A stretch of 32,000 nt of DNA from Vibrio alginolyticus NBRC 15630 = ATCC 17749 (GCF_000354175.2 NC_022359.1:1780171-1812170); one strand, 5' to 3'. Shown: positions 7,585 to 17,114, counted from the stretch's first letter. The notes: a model not told the origin generated them from the letters alone. Made by a program: numbers and translations.

Positions 7585-10023
7585 TTAGTTGAAGTGCACT
7601 AGCATTTCAACGTCATCGCCTTGCTCTGGAGCCTGAAGAGCGAAGTGCACGTACCCTACTTCAGTAACAGGAATCGCAAGGTATTCATTGCTGCCTGCAT
7701 AGTTGGACGCATACTCGTGCTGCTCTACTGTAGGCCAATGCTCCCTACTCGCGTATAGATCGACATTACCAGTTTGAGAGTGGGCCGTTAGCCATACACG
7801 AACCTCTTCAACACCTTCAGGCACATAAACTGCTGCATAACGCTGCTTGTGAACGGTAAGCATTTTGGCTTCACCAGACTCTAATACCACAGGTGCTAAA
7901 TCATCTTGCACTTGGGTTGGCGGTGTTTGCGCTTCCACTTCTAACGCAGCCACAAGATTCACTGAGTCATAGCTATCACGTCCAGTTAAGCTGATGTAGT
8001 AACGACCCGCTTTAACGTAACCATCTTGCTCTGGTTCAAACACAATCTCTTCATTGCTGCCATCAGCATATTGACTCATTTCGAAATCATAGTAATGCGC
8101 GACTTTGTTGTAGCTCATGTAAAGATCCGCATCACCCGCACCCTCAATAGATACATTGAAGTTAACGGTGTTGGCTGGAACATCAACGTAGAACAGTTTT
8201 TCGCTGTATGCTTCGCCACTGAGCTGAAGGCTTTGGTTCGCCGTCAATTCAGTCACTTGTGCTTCAGGGCTTGTTGGTTCTGTTGGCTCCTCTGGGTCTG
8301 TATCAGGTTGCTCAGGTTCCACTTTTAATGTGTCCAACCAACGTTCAAACTCAGCATCGTATTGTTGACCTAAAGACGTCACCTGCTGTGCCCATTGTTC
8401 GAACTGGCCAGAGCGCGACAATGCCAACAAGCTTTCGACGTCTTGTGGATGATTTTCTAACATGAATCGAACAGCTAGATAACCCCAACGATAGATACGA
8501 TTGGTATCGTGAGAGTACGTGGTATCAAACACAGTGGAAAGGCTCAGTTTACCATCTGCAATCAGCTCAATCGCAGCTTGGTAACCTTGCTTGTAATGCA
8601 TATATTCAGCAAAACCTTCTAGCCACCAAACAATATGACCATGAGCCAAGTTATCGCTGAACGAACCGTATTGGTTAAATCGTGCATCTAAATAGTGCGT
8701 GTATTCATGTTCTAGGTTCAAGATAGAGAGATCTTCATCATTCGCGTAGCGATAAGCGACGAAACGGGCAGTATTGTCCGCTTTTGAAGGGTCACCTTCT
8801 AGGTACTGACCACCGTTGTCCGTTGTATTACCAAATAGGAATGAAGAGTAATCAACGTAACTAGCGTTACTCGCGAATACCGCCACTTCAACACGATCAT
8901 TCAAATCATCAGCGACAGGTTGATTACCCGTATTCGCAACTCGATGGAAGTCGGCTTCTTTTGCCGCTAGCACTTCACACGCTTTCGCTGCTTGAGCATC
9001 AGTCAGATCTTCAGAGCGAATAATGGCAGGTCCCTGACATTCAAAACGATTTGGCATTACACGTGCAGCTAAATCTTGCTTGGCTTGCTCAATATTCAGA
9101 CCATTTAGGCCTTCTGGTGCGTAGTAGCTCATCATTTCAACGGCAGCAAGCCATAGTTTGTCATGCTCACTACCCAGTGGATAACGCTGCATCACCTGTT
9201 GCATTACTGCCAATGCTTTGCGTTTGGTCTCCTGATCTGGGCTCGCGAGCAAACGACCAGTTTCACGTAATGCATTGAAAACGATAAAGCTTGCATCCGT
9301 ATCTAATGCCCAAGCATTATCAGATGCGAATTTCACCAACGTATCAATATGGTGTGTATTGTTTGCCATGTATCGGTAGAACGCATCGTTCGCCGCATGG
9401 CCTGCCATAGAGCGGAACAAGTTGTTTAAACCATCGACCCATTGCGTGTCCTGCGCGGTTTCACGATTAAAGTGCATCAACGCGGCCATCATGCTATCCA
9501 TGGTCAGCGGCAACTGCTTAACGTTATCAACCATCAAAGTCAGGCTCTTCATTGCACCAACTTGTTCACGACCTTGATCCAAAGCATGAGGGTTGTTTAG
9601 GAATAGGTTCGTCGACTGAGCAAAACGCTGACTCAACGCTTGCGAAAACTCAGGTGTACCAGTACCAGCGTTGTAGCGAACGTAGTAGGCCGCTCGAATA
9701 AATTCGCCTAGGTTCTCTAGAATACGAGCTTGATCTGCTTCACCACGATAGCGAGCGATTTCTTGATCCAGCGCGACTTGGATACGGCTTAGGCTCGCTT
9801 CACTATAGATATCATTCAGCGTTTCTGAAGGTGCTGAAAACCAAGCGTGGTAGCAATCATACTCAGCACCAGAAACGGCAGTAGCCAGATCTCGCGATTG
9901 TTGTAAATCAGCAACAGCACACTGATTTTGTGCAAAAGAGAAGCCAGACACACTCGCTAGCATACAAGCAAGCGCCAAACGATGGCGCGGGAAAAAACGG
10001 ATATGAGACATAACAACACTCAT
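7585..10023 (-). CDS. Secreted microbial collagenase, peptidase family M9A (Vibrio type) with two C-terminal PPC domains
   Basis: A signal peptide ends ...SGFSFAQ. The zinc motif HEYTHY is followed by a downstream WWLEGFAEY glutamate ligand. A Pro/Glu-rich linker leads to two pre-peptidase C-terminal-like domains (GDADLY, GNVDLY). The size is close to the roughly 814-aa Vibrio collagenases. Confidence 0.92.
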   Translation of the reverse strand: MSVVMSHIRFFPRHRLALACMLASVSGFSFAQNQCAVADLQQSRDLATAVSGAEYDCYHAWFSAPSETLNDIYSEASLSRIQVALDQEIARYRGEADQARILENLGEFIRAAYYVRYNAGTGTPEFSQALSQRFAQSTNLFLNNPHALDQGREQVGAMKSLTLMVDNVKQLPLTMDSMMAALMHFNRETAQDTQWVDGLNNLFRSMAGHAANDAFYRYMANNTHHIDTLVKFASDNAWALDTDASFIVFNALRETGRLLASPDQETKRKALAVMQQVMQRYPLGSEHDKLWLAAVEMMSYYAPEGLNGLNIEQAKQDLAARVMPNRFECQGPAIIRSEDLTDAQAAKACEVLAAKEADFHRVANTGNQPVADDLNDRVEVAVFASNASYVDYSSFLFGNTTDNGGQYLEGDPSKADNTARFVAYRYANDEDLSILNLEHEYTHYLDARFNQYGSFSDNLAHGHIVWWLEGFAEYMHYKQGYQAAIELIADGKLSLSTVFDTTYSHDTNRIYRWGYLAVRFMLENHPQDVESLLALSRSGQFEQWAQQVTSLGQQYDAEFERWLDTLKVEPEQPDTDPEEPTEPTSPEAQVTELTANQSLQLSGEAYSEKLFYVDVPANTVNFNVSIEGAGDADLYMSYNKVAHYYDFEMSQYADGSNEEIVFEPEQDGYVKAGRYYISLTGRDSYDSVNLVAALEVEAQTPPTQVQDDLAPVVLESGEAKMLTVHKQRYAAVYVPEGVEEVRVWLTAHSQTGNVDLYASREHWPTVEQHEYASNYAGSNEYLAIPVTEVGYVHFALQAPEQGDDVEMLVHFN

Positions 10024-10459
10024 TGATTATTAACATACATTGAGTGGGGGTTTATATTCTTTACAGCTCAAACAGTGAAATCAGTGTCATAAAATTTATG
10101 AAACCGCTCCCAAAAATAGGTCTTTTACTCTAATTAAATGGGAGCAATCCCACTCCCCAAAAACTCACAATTATCAATAAAAACATTAATTTACCTTTTT
10201 CTAAATAACGACTTTATGAGGAAAATTGCCCTTAAACGCCCCCCTTAACTCTTCCAGATAGAGTTCACGACAATCAAAGGTTCTAAATTAAATTTTGATG
10301 CTTGATACCATCTATTTTTATTTGTGACTCATTCCCAATAAGTCATCGAGTGCATATCAAAAGGTTGGCATTAATGGTAAATTCTCCGCCAAATCAAACA
10401 CATTTACTCCTCGAGTCATTGATGAGTGAATAAAGCAGATATTTGGCTAGGGATAATAC

Positions 10460-11437
10460 ATGTCACTTTGGGGATTTTTGGGAACGGGGATTGCCTACTT
10501 CATGACAACGTTTGCCTTTGTTTTTGGCGGCATTTTTTGGTTATGTTCTGAAGGTAATACATTAAGAGAAACAAAGCGCCAATCATCAATAATGTCCGGG
10601 GTTATTGCTTGTACTATTGGAACTTGGGTGCTTGCTTTTGGTGTTTACGTTTACGGTTACTTTTGGGATAACTCTTCTCACTATTATTTTTATTTGCTCG
10701 CTCCATGGGGACTTGCCATTTTTGGGGTAAAACTTCGTAACCGCTGGGTTAAGCAATACGCGCGTGTAAAACACGCAAAAGAAGAACAGTGGCAAAAGCA
10801 CTGGCGAGAATTATTAGGGGAAGATACTGAAGAGCTTCCACCATATACACATGATTACGAGCTCTACTCGGGCATTTGGCAAGCCAATGAAGCGCTCCAA
10901 GAACAGTGTTTTGCAGCCCTTCCTCACGGGAAAGCAGTCTACGAGAGAGTGAAAGCCTTCCAAACGATGGCCTCCCCCGCTGGTGACATAAACAATCAAG
11001 TTTTGCTGAGTAAACTCGATCAACTAGAGGATGAAATCATTCAAGTTCTTGAGCAACACTCACAAAAGAAAGTAAGCATTGAAACTGGCGCAGGTACTTT
11101 ACGCAAAGAGTCAAAACGCAATGTTTATCACCATGAGAATGGCCCAACAGAAGAGCAACTGTACGACTCAATCAACCTCCAACATGATTTGGATCGAGAG
11201 CTACGCTACATTATCTATGATCGGCTCGGTTACGATGGCGAAGATGAGTACTTTTTCCTCCAAGCGCCACTCGAAGAGCTTACCGAGAATGAAACCGCAA
11301 TCAACTGGATGCTCTGGGGGTTAGTAAGCGACCATTTTGCTGTTGACCCATACCAAACGGCGTTGGATCTCAGCCTAATGAATGCGGAACCAAGATGGGA
11401 GCAAAATGAACGGTTTGTAATGATTACGGCTCAATAA
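10460..11437 (+). CDS. Hypothetical membrane protein (three N-terminal TM helices plus an acidic soluble domain of about 220 aa)
   Basis: The ORF is long and has an AGGGA RBS. Hydrophobic segments are LGTGIAYFMTTFAFVFGGIFWL, GVIACTIGTWVLAFGVYVYGYF and YFYLLAPWGLAIFGV. I recognise no family. Confidence 0.7.
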   Translation: MSLWGFLGTGIAYFMTTFAFVFGGIFWLCSEGNTLRETKRQSSIMSGVIACTIGTWVLAFGVYVYGYFWDNSSHYYFYLLAPWGLAIFGVKLRNRWVKQYARVKHAKEEQWQKHWRELLGEDTEELPPYTHDYELYSGIWQANEALQEQCFAALPHGKAVYERVKAFQTMASPAGDINNQVLLSKLDQLEDEIIQVLEQHSQKKVSIETGAGTLRKESKRNVYHHENGPTEEQLYDSINLQHDLDRELRYIIYDRLGYDGEDEYFFLQAPLEELTENETAINWMLWGLVSDHFAVDPYQTALDLSLMNAEPRWEQNERFVMITAQ

Positions 11438-11468
11438 ACGCAAGTACTAAGTCTAACTTTAATACAAC

Positions 11469-12332
11469 CTATTCTGAGACCACCCTCGCGTTGGTTAACT
11501 TAGCCAGTAAGCGGCCAACGCGATCGCGCATTTCACGTCTATCGACAATCATATCTAGCGCACCATGCGCTAGTAAAAATTCACTTCGCTGAAACTCGTC
11601 TGGTAGCTTTTCACGTACCGTTTGCTCAATGACCCGTCTTCCCGCAAAGCCAATACTTGCTTTAGGTTCACCAATATTGATGTCTCCTAACATCGCTAAA
11701 CTCGCCGAGACGCCACCATAAGTTTGGTCCGTCAATACTGAGATATAGGGTAATCTGTGCTCAGATAAGTGGTTTAACGCGGCGCTGGTTTTTGACATTT
11801 GCATGAGTGCCACCAAAGACTCTTGCATGCGCGCCCCTCCGCAAGCGGAAAAACATACTAACCCAGATTTTGTATTAATTGCGCTTTCAACTGCTCGGAC
11901 AAACTTCTCGCCAACCACTGCGCCCATCGAGCCTGCCATGAAAGAGAATTCGAATGCACACGCAACAACAGGCAGCCCCAATAACTTGCCCTCCATCACC
12001 ACCAACGCATCTTTTTCTCCAGTCGTTTTCTGTGCTAAAGCAATTCGCTCTTTATATCGCTTTAAGTCTTTAAAACCCAAAATATCTTGTGGCTCCAACT
12101 CACTTGCCAACTCTTGTTGTGTTCCATGGTCCAGAAAAGAGATCAACCTTTGACGCGCAGCCATTCTCATGTGATATGAGCATTTAGGGCATACTTCCAA
12201 ATTTTCTTTTAACGCGGCACGATAAAGTATTTGTTCACACTCAGGACACTTTGTCCAAACGCCCTCAGGGATAGACGCTTTGCGCGAACCTATTATATTT
12301 TTATTCTCAAATAACCGTTCTAACCAGCTCAT
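11469..12332 (-). CDS. accD: Acetyl-CoA carboxylase carboxyltransferase beta subunit (AccD) homolog
   Basis: The protein is collinear with E. coli AccD. It has MSWLERL..., the zinc ribbon CPECEQ...CPKCSYH, and [17 protein letters not shown] and [14 protein letters not shown]. Confidence 0.88.
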   Translation of the reverse strand: MSWLERLFENKNIIGSRKASIPEGVWTKCPECEQILYRAALKENLEVCPKCSYHMRMAARQRLISFLDHGTQQELASELEPQDILGFKDLKRYKERIALAQKTTGEKDALVVMEGKLLGLPVVACAFEFSFMAGSMGAVVGEKFVRAVESAINTKSGLVCFSACGGARMQESLVALMQMSKTSAALNHLSEHRLPYISVLTDQTYGGVSASLAMLGDINIGEPKASIGFAGRRVIEQTVREKLPDEFQRSEFLLAHGALDMIVDRREMRDRVGRLLAKLTNARVVSE

Positions 12333-12473
12333 AAATTCACCACTATTGATTACGTTCTAGCGCGATATCTCGTTGTTTGTTCGCTTAAACTTGTAAATAA
12401 AATTGTATGTAACTTAGTACAGGGATAAAGTGCGATATGCTGGCTTGATAATCCAATAAAGTGGGATAATGAA

Positions 12474-13373
12474 ATGTTTGATAACGTTGACCAAATCTGG
12501 TTAAAAAGTTTTCACTGTGTTTATGAGAACAACAGCTTTAAGCGAGCCGCTGAGTGTTTGAACATACCAACATCAAATGTCAGCCGACACATTGCCCTGC
12601 TTGAAGAAAAGTTAAACATTAGGTTGTTCAATAGAACAACAAGGCGAATGACGCCTACCGAGGCTGGAGAAGAGCTCTATAGCAGCACTCGTCCGTTATT
12701 GGAGCAACTCAACGCCGCACTAGAAACTGTAACGCGCCACTCGCACACGGTAACAGGGGAACTGCGAATTCTTATGCCAGACACACCTGTACTGGCAAAA
12801 GCTATTGTTTCCTTTTGCAATCAATATCCAGCAATCTCTTTGCATTGTGATACAACGCTCGCCCCTAAAGGCGATGCTATCGATGGCTTTGATATAATAT
12901 TGAGTTTTCACAGAGGTACTTTGTCAGACAGTAACTGGGTGGCGAGAGAGATAAAACGCTGGCCCAGTGCCATTTTAGCCGCGCCTCAACTAATTGAGAA
13001 ATACGCCCCCCCTTACAAAATTACGGATCTAAGTCATGTTCCCTGCATCACGACGCTTACCGCAGTAAATGGTGCACCATGGGTATTCAGAAACCCTGCT
13101 GGGGGCCATATTACTCAAACTGTGCAATCTTCATTCAAAGTAAACAGCGGTCATCTCGCCAGATATGGCGCGTTATCAGGGCTTGGATACGCAATATTGC
13201 CAATTGAGTCATGCCAAAATGAGATCAAAAATGGTGAGCTAGAAATCGTCACTCTAGAGTACGAACCTGAGGATTTAGTACTTTACGCCTTTTACTCGTC
13301 AAGAAAACATGTAGCTAAGAAAATATCTATGTTTGTTGAACATTTAAAGCAAAACGCAAAACTTAACGCCTAG
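12474..13373 (+). CDS. LysR-family transcriptional regulator
   Basis: The N-terminal HTH FKRAAECLNIPTSNVSRHIALLEEKLNIRLFNRTTRRMTPTEAG is followed by a LysR substrate-binding domain. The gene is divergent from accD. Confidence 0.9.
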   Translation: MFDNVDQIWLKSFHCVYENNSFKRAAECLNIPTSNVSRHIALLEEKLNIRLFNRTTRRMTPTEAGEELYSSTRPLLEQLNAALETVTRHSHTVTGELRILMPDTPVLAKAIVSFCNQYPAISLHCDTTLAPKGDAIDGFDIILSFHRGTLSDSNWVAREIKRWPSAILAAPQLIEKYAPPYKITDLSHVPCITTLTAVNGAPWVFRNPAGGHITQTVQSSFKVNSGHLARYGALSGLGYAILPIESCQNEIKNGELEIVTLEYEPEDLVLYAFYSSRKHVAKKISMFVEHLKQNAKLNA

Positions 13374-13465
13374 CTAAGCTTTACTCAACTAATTTATCGT
13401 ACTCTGTTTTATCGTCTAGAAAGGACAAACACCGCTAAGCGATTTGAGACTCGATTTTTTCAAAT

Positions 13466-13500
13466 AAAAAAGCCAGCAATTAACATTTACTGGCTTTTAT
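13466..13500. terminator. Bidirectional terminator between the LysR and MCP genes
   Basis: The stem aaaagccag (13468-13476) pairs with ctggctttt (13490-13498). A/T runs lie on both sides. Confidence 0.6.
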
Positions 13501-13520
13501 TAAAGAGGGTCAGTTGGCGT

Positions 13521-15104
13521 TTAGATTCTAAACGCTCCTACGTGACGATCGAGTGTTCGCGATAGCTCCGCGAGTTGTTGACTTGATTCTTCTAGTTGCT
13601 CACTCGCCGTTAGCGCACTTTTCACTGAGTGGCTGACGGTATCCATGTTCATATTAATTTCGTTTGCTACCGTTGATTGCTGTTCTGTTGCGGTTGCTAC
13701 TTGAGTATTGATATCTGAAATAGTCGTCACTTGTGCAGCTATTGCTTCTAAAGCCTGTCGAGCTAACTCGGTTTCTGCCGTTCCTTCTTCAATAAGAGCC
13801 TTACTATTGCTCATTGAATTCACCGCACTTTGAGCTTCAGTTTGTAGCTGGTGAATCATGTTGTCAATTTCATCGGTAGAATGAGCCGTTTTAGTCGCTA
13901 GGTTGCGAACTTCATCAGCTACGACTGCAAAACCTCGGCCGGCATCACCAGCGCGTGCCGCTTCGATAGCCGCATTGAGAGCCAATAGATTGGTTTGCTC
14001 CGAAATACCTCTAATCACCTCTAGAATACTACCAATCGACTGAGTATTTTCAGCAAGACTCACGATAATGTTGGAAGTGCTGTTCATCTCGTTTTCAAGA
14101 TTAGTCATCGCCGTTTTGGTTCTTTCTAGCGTCGTGTAGCCATCTTGCGCTTCATTACTTGCTGCACTCGCAGCATTTGCCGCTCCAGCAGCATTGGAGG
14201 CAATTTCATTGACCGTCGCAATCATTTCGTTCATGGATGTGACAACCAGCATGGTTTGCTCGTTCTGCTCTTGCCCTCTTGTGAGCGCTTGTTGAGATTG
14301 CCCACGCAAAGCGACAGCTGAACTATTAAGCTCCACACCAGTATTTACAACTTGTGTAATAATCTCATGTACTTTCCCAACAAAAACGTTGAAAGCAGAA
14401 GAAATTTGCGCGACTTCGTCATTACCTTTCGCTGGCAAACGAACGGTTAAGTCTCCGTCTCCTTTTGAGATGTCTTGTAGAGCGTCTTTAAGCGCAGAAA
14501 GCGGTCTCATCAGTTTATTTAGCAGAAGTGACAGAATCAAAACACACATAACGAAGATCGCCACCATAGAGATCAACTGGTAAGTAATAATTCCATTCGT
14601 CGCTTGGCTCACTTCGGTAATAGGAATACCAATATCAAAAGTACCGTATAACTGACCATCCACATAAATTGGTGCCATGATGTCAAACACCCATACTTTC
14701 TGGACATCGGCATACCACTTTGAGTACTGTTGAACACCTCTCGTCGCGCCTTCAACAGTATATTCATCGTTATAGGTTTTGTTCAGCTTGTGCTTATCAC
14801 TGTGGGCTACTGCCGTTACGTTACGGTCAATTACAACGGCATAACTCACGTCTGAACGTTGTTTCAGCCCCTCAACAAGCGATTGTAAATCTTGCATTGG
14901 ATTGGCTGAGTTCTCCAAAATATAACTCGCATTTCCCGCTAGAAACTCAGCTTGAACTTGGGATTTGTTTAAGATGATGTCATCGATTTTCTGACTCGAA
15001 ATTAGGTACGTTGATGCCATACTCGCCACGACAGCAATACCAAACATGGCGCAGACTGCTAATAAGATGATTCTTTTCATTATAATTGTCTCAATACAAT
15101 TCAA
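13521..15104 (-). CDS. Methyl-accepting chemotaxis protein (periplasmic Cache-like sensor, HAMP, MA signalling domain)
   Basis: Two TM segments flank a sensor domain of about 160 aa. HAMP is marked by DGDLTVRLP...DEVAQIS. The signalling hairpin [35 protein letters not shown] is highly conserved. The start may instead be the ATG at 15080 (MKRIILL). Confidence 0.9.
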   Translation of the reverse strand: MNCIETIIMKRIILLAVCAMFGIAVVASMASTYLISSQKIDDIILNKSQVQAEFLAGNASYILENSANPMQDLQSLVEGLKQRSDVSYAVVIDRNVTAVAHSDKHKLNKTYNDEYTVEGATRGVQQYSKWYADVQKVWVFDIMAPIYVDGQLYGTFDIGIPITEVSQATNGIITYQLISMVAIFVMCVLILSLLLNKLMRPLSALKDALQDISKGDGDLTVRLPAKGNDEVAQISSAFNVFVGKVHEIITQVVNTGVELNSSAVALRGQSQQALTRGQEQNEQTMLVVTSMNEMIATVNEIASNAAGAANAASAASNEAQDGYTTLERTKTAMTNLENEMNSTSNIIVSLAENTQSIGSILEVIRGISEQTNLLALNAAIEAARAGDAGRGFAVVADEVRNLATKTAHSTDEIDNMIHQLQTEAQSAVNSMSNSKALIEEGTAETELARQALEAIAAQVTTISDINTQVATATEQQSTVANEINMNMDTVSHSVKSALTASEQLEESSQQLAELSRTLDRHVGAFRI

Positions 15105-15311
15105 TTGATGCTCATTAATCGAGCGCTAAGCCTTTCTTCTCCAAAACCAACCAAACTGCATTTTGGGTCTGTTTGGCAGAGCAAGACATAACTTTATAAC
15201 TATGTATCTGCTTGGTTCCCGATTACTTTAGACAGAAGGAAAAAAGTCTTCAAAACGTCACATTTCTACGAGGTTTGGCGAAGGGACGAGTACGCAAAAA
15301 GGAAACGTTTA

Positions 15312-15331
15312 CATAGTTAAATTTAACTATG
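15312..15331. promoter_or_regulatory. Perfect 20-bp palindrome CATAGTTAAATTTAACTATG (candidate operator)
   Basis: The sequence equals its own reverse complement. It lies in noncoding DNA, directly after the 8-bp palindrome AAACGTTT at 15303-15310. Confidence 0.4.
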
Positions 15332-15387
15332 CGACCAAATTGGTATCGAACATTAAAGAAAAGACTTCTAATTAGCGTTTTGACCGT

Positions 15388-15417
15388 CGGGAGCGCTGTG
15401 GTCAGTGCTCCCGTTTT
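15388..15417 (+). terminator. Orphan plus-strand intrinsic terminator-like hairpin
   Basis: The stem cgggagc (15388-15394) pairs with gctcccg (15407-15413) around a 12-nt loop, followed by tttta. No annotated plus-strand gene lies upstream. Confidence 0.4.
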
Positions 15418-15629
15418 ATCATTTAGTATCTCAGATTCAGATATTAGAGCCACAATCGCAGCGGTTGTAATCCGAGATGCTTGGTGAAGCGAGAATGACT
15501 TGGTTTGTAGATATGGCAGCGATGTCAGATCGAGTGATTCTCAATCAAGAATCGGTAGCAAAATATGCAAACCAAGGCATTAAGCCATTACCCATACAAA
15601 AAGAAAGGAAAAAATCTTTACCACAGAGT

Positions 15630-16706
15630 TTAACTCGTCAGCGATATGTATCCATGCATACCCATGTATAAACCAACTGCACTGATCAAGACGCCCGATA
15701 AGTAGGGAGCTCGACGTGCAACATCATTCAAACCGCTCCATTTAGATGTCGCTTTTTGCACGCCCACTGCTGCCACAACGCCAACAGCAACCAGAGTCAA
15801 GGCTAAGCCAATACTGAATGACACAACTAAAGTCGCACCAAGAGTCATTGCCTTAAGCTGCAAACAGATAAGCAAAACCGTTACCGCAGCAGGGCATGGA
15901 ATCAAACCGCCCGTTAATCCAAACAGCAGAATTTGCCCATTCGTCACGTCTCGATTCTCAAAGCGCTTTTGAATGTCTAAAGCGTGAGCGCGCTCGTGAG
16001 CATCTTGATATTCCTTATCTTCGCTTTCTAAATGAGAACCAGGACGGAAATGTACATCAAAGTCATGGGTATGATCATGGTGCCCGATGATCAAAGTGAC
16101 AGAAAGTCCATTAGAGACTTCAATGCAAGACGCCGATTCCAAGTATCCATCACGCTCTATAAAGTGATAAATATCAGCAGGTTGATAACCATCACTCGAT
16201 ACCGAAACCTTGATACCTTCAGCAGTTAAAGGTTTACCGCTGAGTGTTCGCAACTGGAAACGGTGATGGTCCCCTTCCTGTGTAATCGAAAGCGAAACAT
16301 GCCCATGTCCTGTATCCACAACTTGTGTCGTCCAGTCGCGAGCATGATCCTGAGCTTTGTTCCAAGCTCGCTCATCGCTCCATGTCCGCCAAAACATCCA
16401 TACGCCGGTTGTCACGATAATGACTCCAGAGATAAGTTGCATCCATGGTTCAGCCGCTTCAGCGGTGAATTTCTGGCTAATATACATCCCACCAACAGCG
16501 ATTAACCATACAATTACAGTGTGAGAAAGTGTGGCAGCTAAACCCAGCATCACGGCTTGTTTGACCGTTCCTTTCACCGCGACAATGAACGCCGCCATCA
16601 TCGTTTTAGAGTGCCCAGGTTCTAAACCATGCAAGGCGCCAAGCAAAATGGCACTGGGAATAAAGAACCACCCATTACCTTGTTGTAGTAACGCGACAAA
16701 ATCCAT
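15630..16706 (-). CDS. rcnA: Nickel/cobalt efflux transporter RcnA (NicO family) with an enlarged central loop
   Basis: The protein is collinear with E. coli RcnA: FFIPSAILLGALHGLEPGHSKTMMAAF and LLFGLTGGLIPCPAA..VLLIC. The His-rich loop is replaced by an insert of about 110 aa. Confidence 0.9.
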   Translation of the reverse strand: MDFVALLQQGNGWFFIPSAILLGALHGLEPGHSKTMMAAFIVAVKGTVKQAVMLGLAATLSHTVIVWLIAVGGMYISQKFTAEAAEPWMQLISGVIIVTTGVWMFWRTWSDERAWNKAQDHARDWTTQVVDTGHGHVSLSITQEGDHHRFQLRTLSGKPLTAEGIKVSVSSDGYQPADIYHFIERDGYLESASCIEVSNGLSVTLIIGHHDHTHDFDVHFRPGSHLESEDKEYQDAHERAHALDIQKRFENRDVTNGQILLFGLTGGLIPCPAAVTVLLICLQLKAMTLGATLVVSFSIGLALTLVAVGVVAAVGVQKATSKWSGLNDVARRAPYLSGVLISAVGLYMGMHGYISLTS

Positions 16707-16745
16707 TGTTGTTCTCTGTTGTTGATTCTAATTTATCGCAAACTA

Positions 16746-16780
16746 TACTCCCCCCTAGTATTAAATACTACCCCCCAGTA
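16746..16780. promoter_or_regulatory. Two RcnR operator sites (TACT-C6-T-AGTA and TACT-A-C6-AGTA)
   Basis: Site 1 is at 16746-16760 and site 2 at 16766-16780, in the rcnA-rcnR divergent intergenic region. They match the TACT-G6-N-AGTA operator type described for E. coli RcnR, read on opposite strands. Confidence 0.8.
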
Positions 16781-16841
16781 TAAATTGAGTGCTACATTAT
16801 CAGTTAGAATAACTCGGCCCGTAACTTAAAGAAGATAAGAC

Positions 16842-17114
16842 ATGTCGCATACAACCAGAGATCAAAAGAAGCTCAACACTCGAGTCAGTAAAATACAGGG
16901 TCAGGTGAATGGACTTAAAAAAATGCTGGAAGAAGAGCATGAATGCCAAGATGTATTGCAGCAGATTGCCGCTATTCGGGGAGCAGTAAATGGTTTGATG
17001 CGAGAAGTAATTAAAGGTCACTTACTTGAGCACGTTGTACTTGAGGAAGACAAAACTCAACGTGAAAAAGATATGGAAGTCGTATTAAAAGTACTGGACT
17101 CTTATATAAAGTAA
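16842..17114 (+). CDS. rcnR: Ni(II)/Co(II)-responsive repressor RcnR (CsoR/RcnR family)
   Basis: MSHT...KIQGQV..LKKML...[29 protein letters not shown] follows E. coli RcnR closely. The ligand fingerprint His3, Cys35, His60, His64 is present. Confidence 0.92.
   Translation: MSHTTRDQKKLNTRVSKIQGQVNGLKKMLEEEHECQDVLQQIAAIRGAVNGLMREVIKGHLLEHVVLEEDKTQREKDMEVVLKVLDSYIK

Noticed and set aside
8026-9278. Plus-strand ORFs inside the collagenase gene (8026..8328, 8259..8465, 9051..9278).
   Set aside because: These are shadow ORFs antisense to a strongly supported 812-aa gene. They have no RBS or motifs.
15250-15671. Track ORFs 15250..15453 (-) and 15477..15671 (+), considered as an rcnB-like gene downstream of rcnA.
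   Set aside because: Neither resembles RcnB (no signal peptide or RcnB C-terminal motif). Neither has a convincing RBS. The plus ORF runs antisense into the rcnA 3' end. It is retained only as part of the low-confidence small-ORF observation.
16263-17021. ORFs antisense to rcnA and rcnR (16263..16505, 16531..16725, 16800..17021).
   Set aside because: These are shadow ORFs opposite genes with near-complete collinearity to E. coli RcnA and RcnR.
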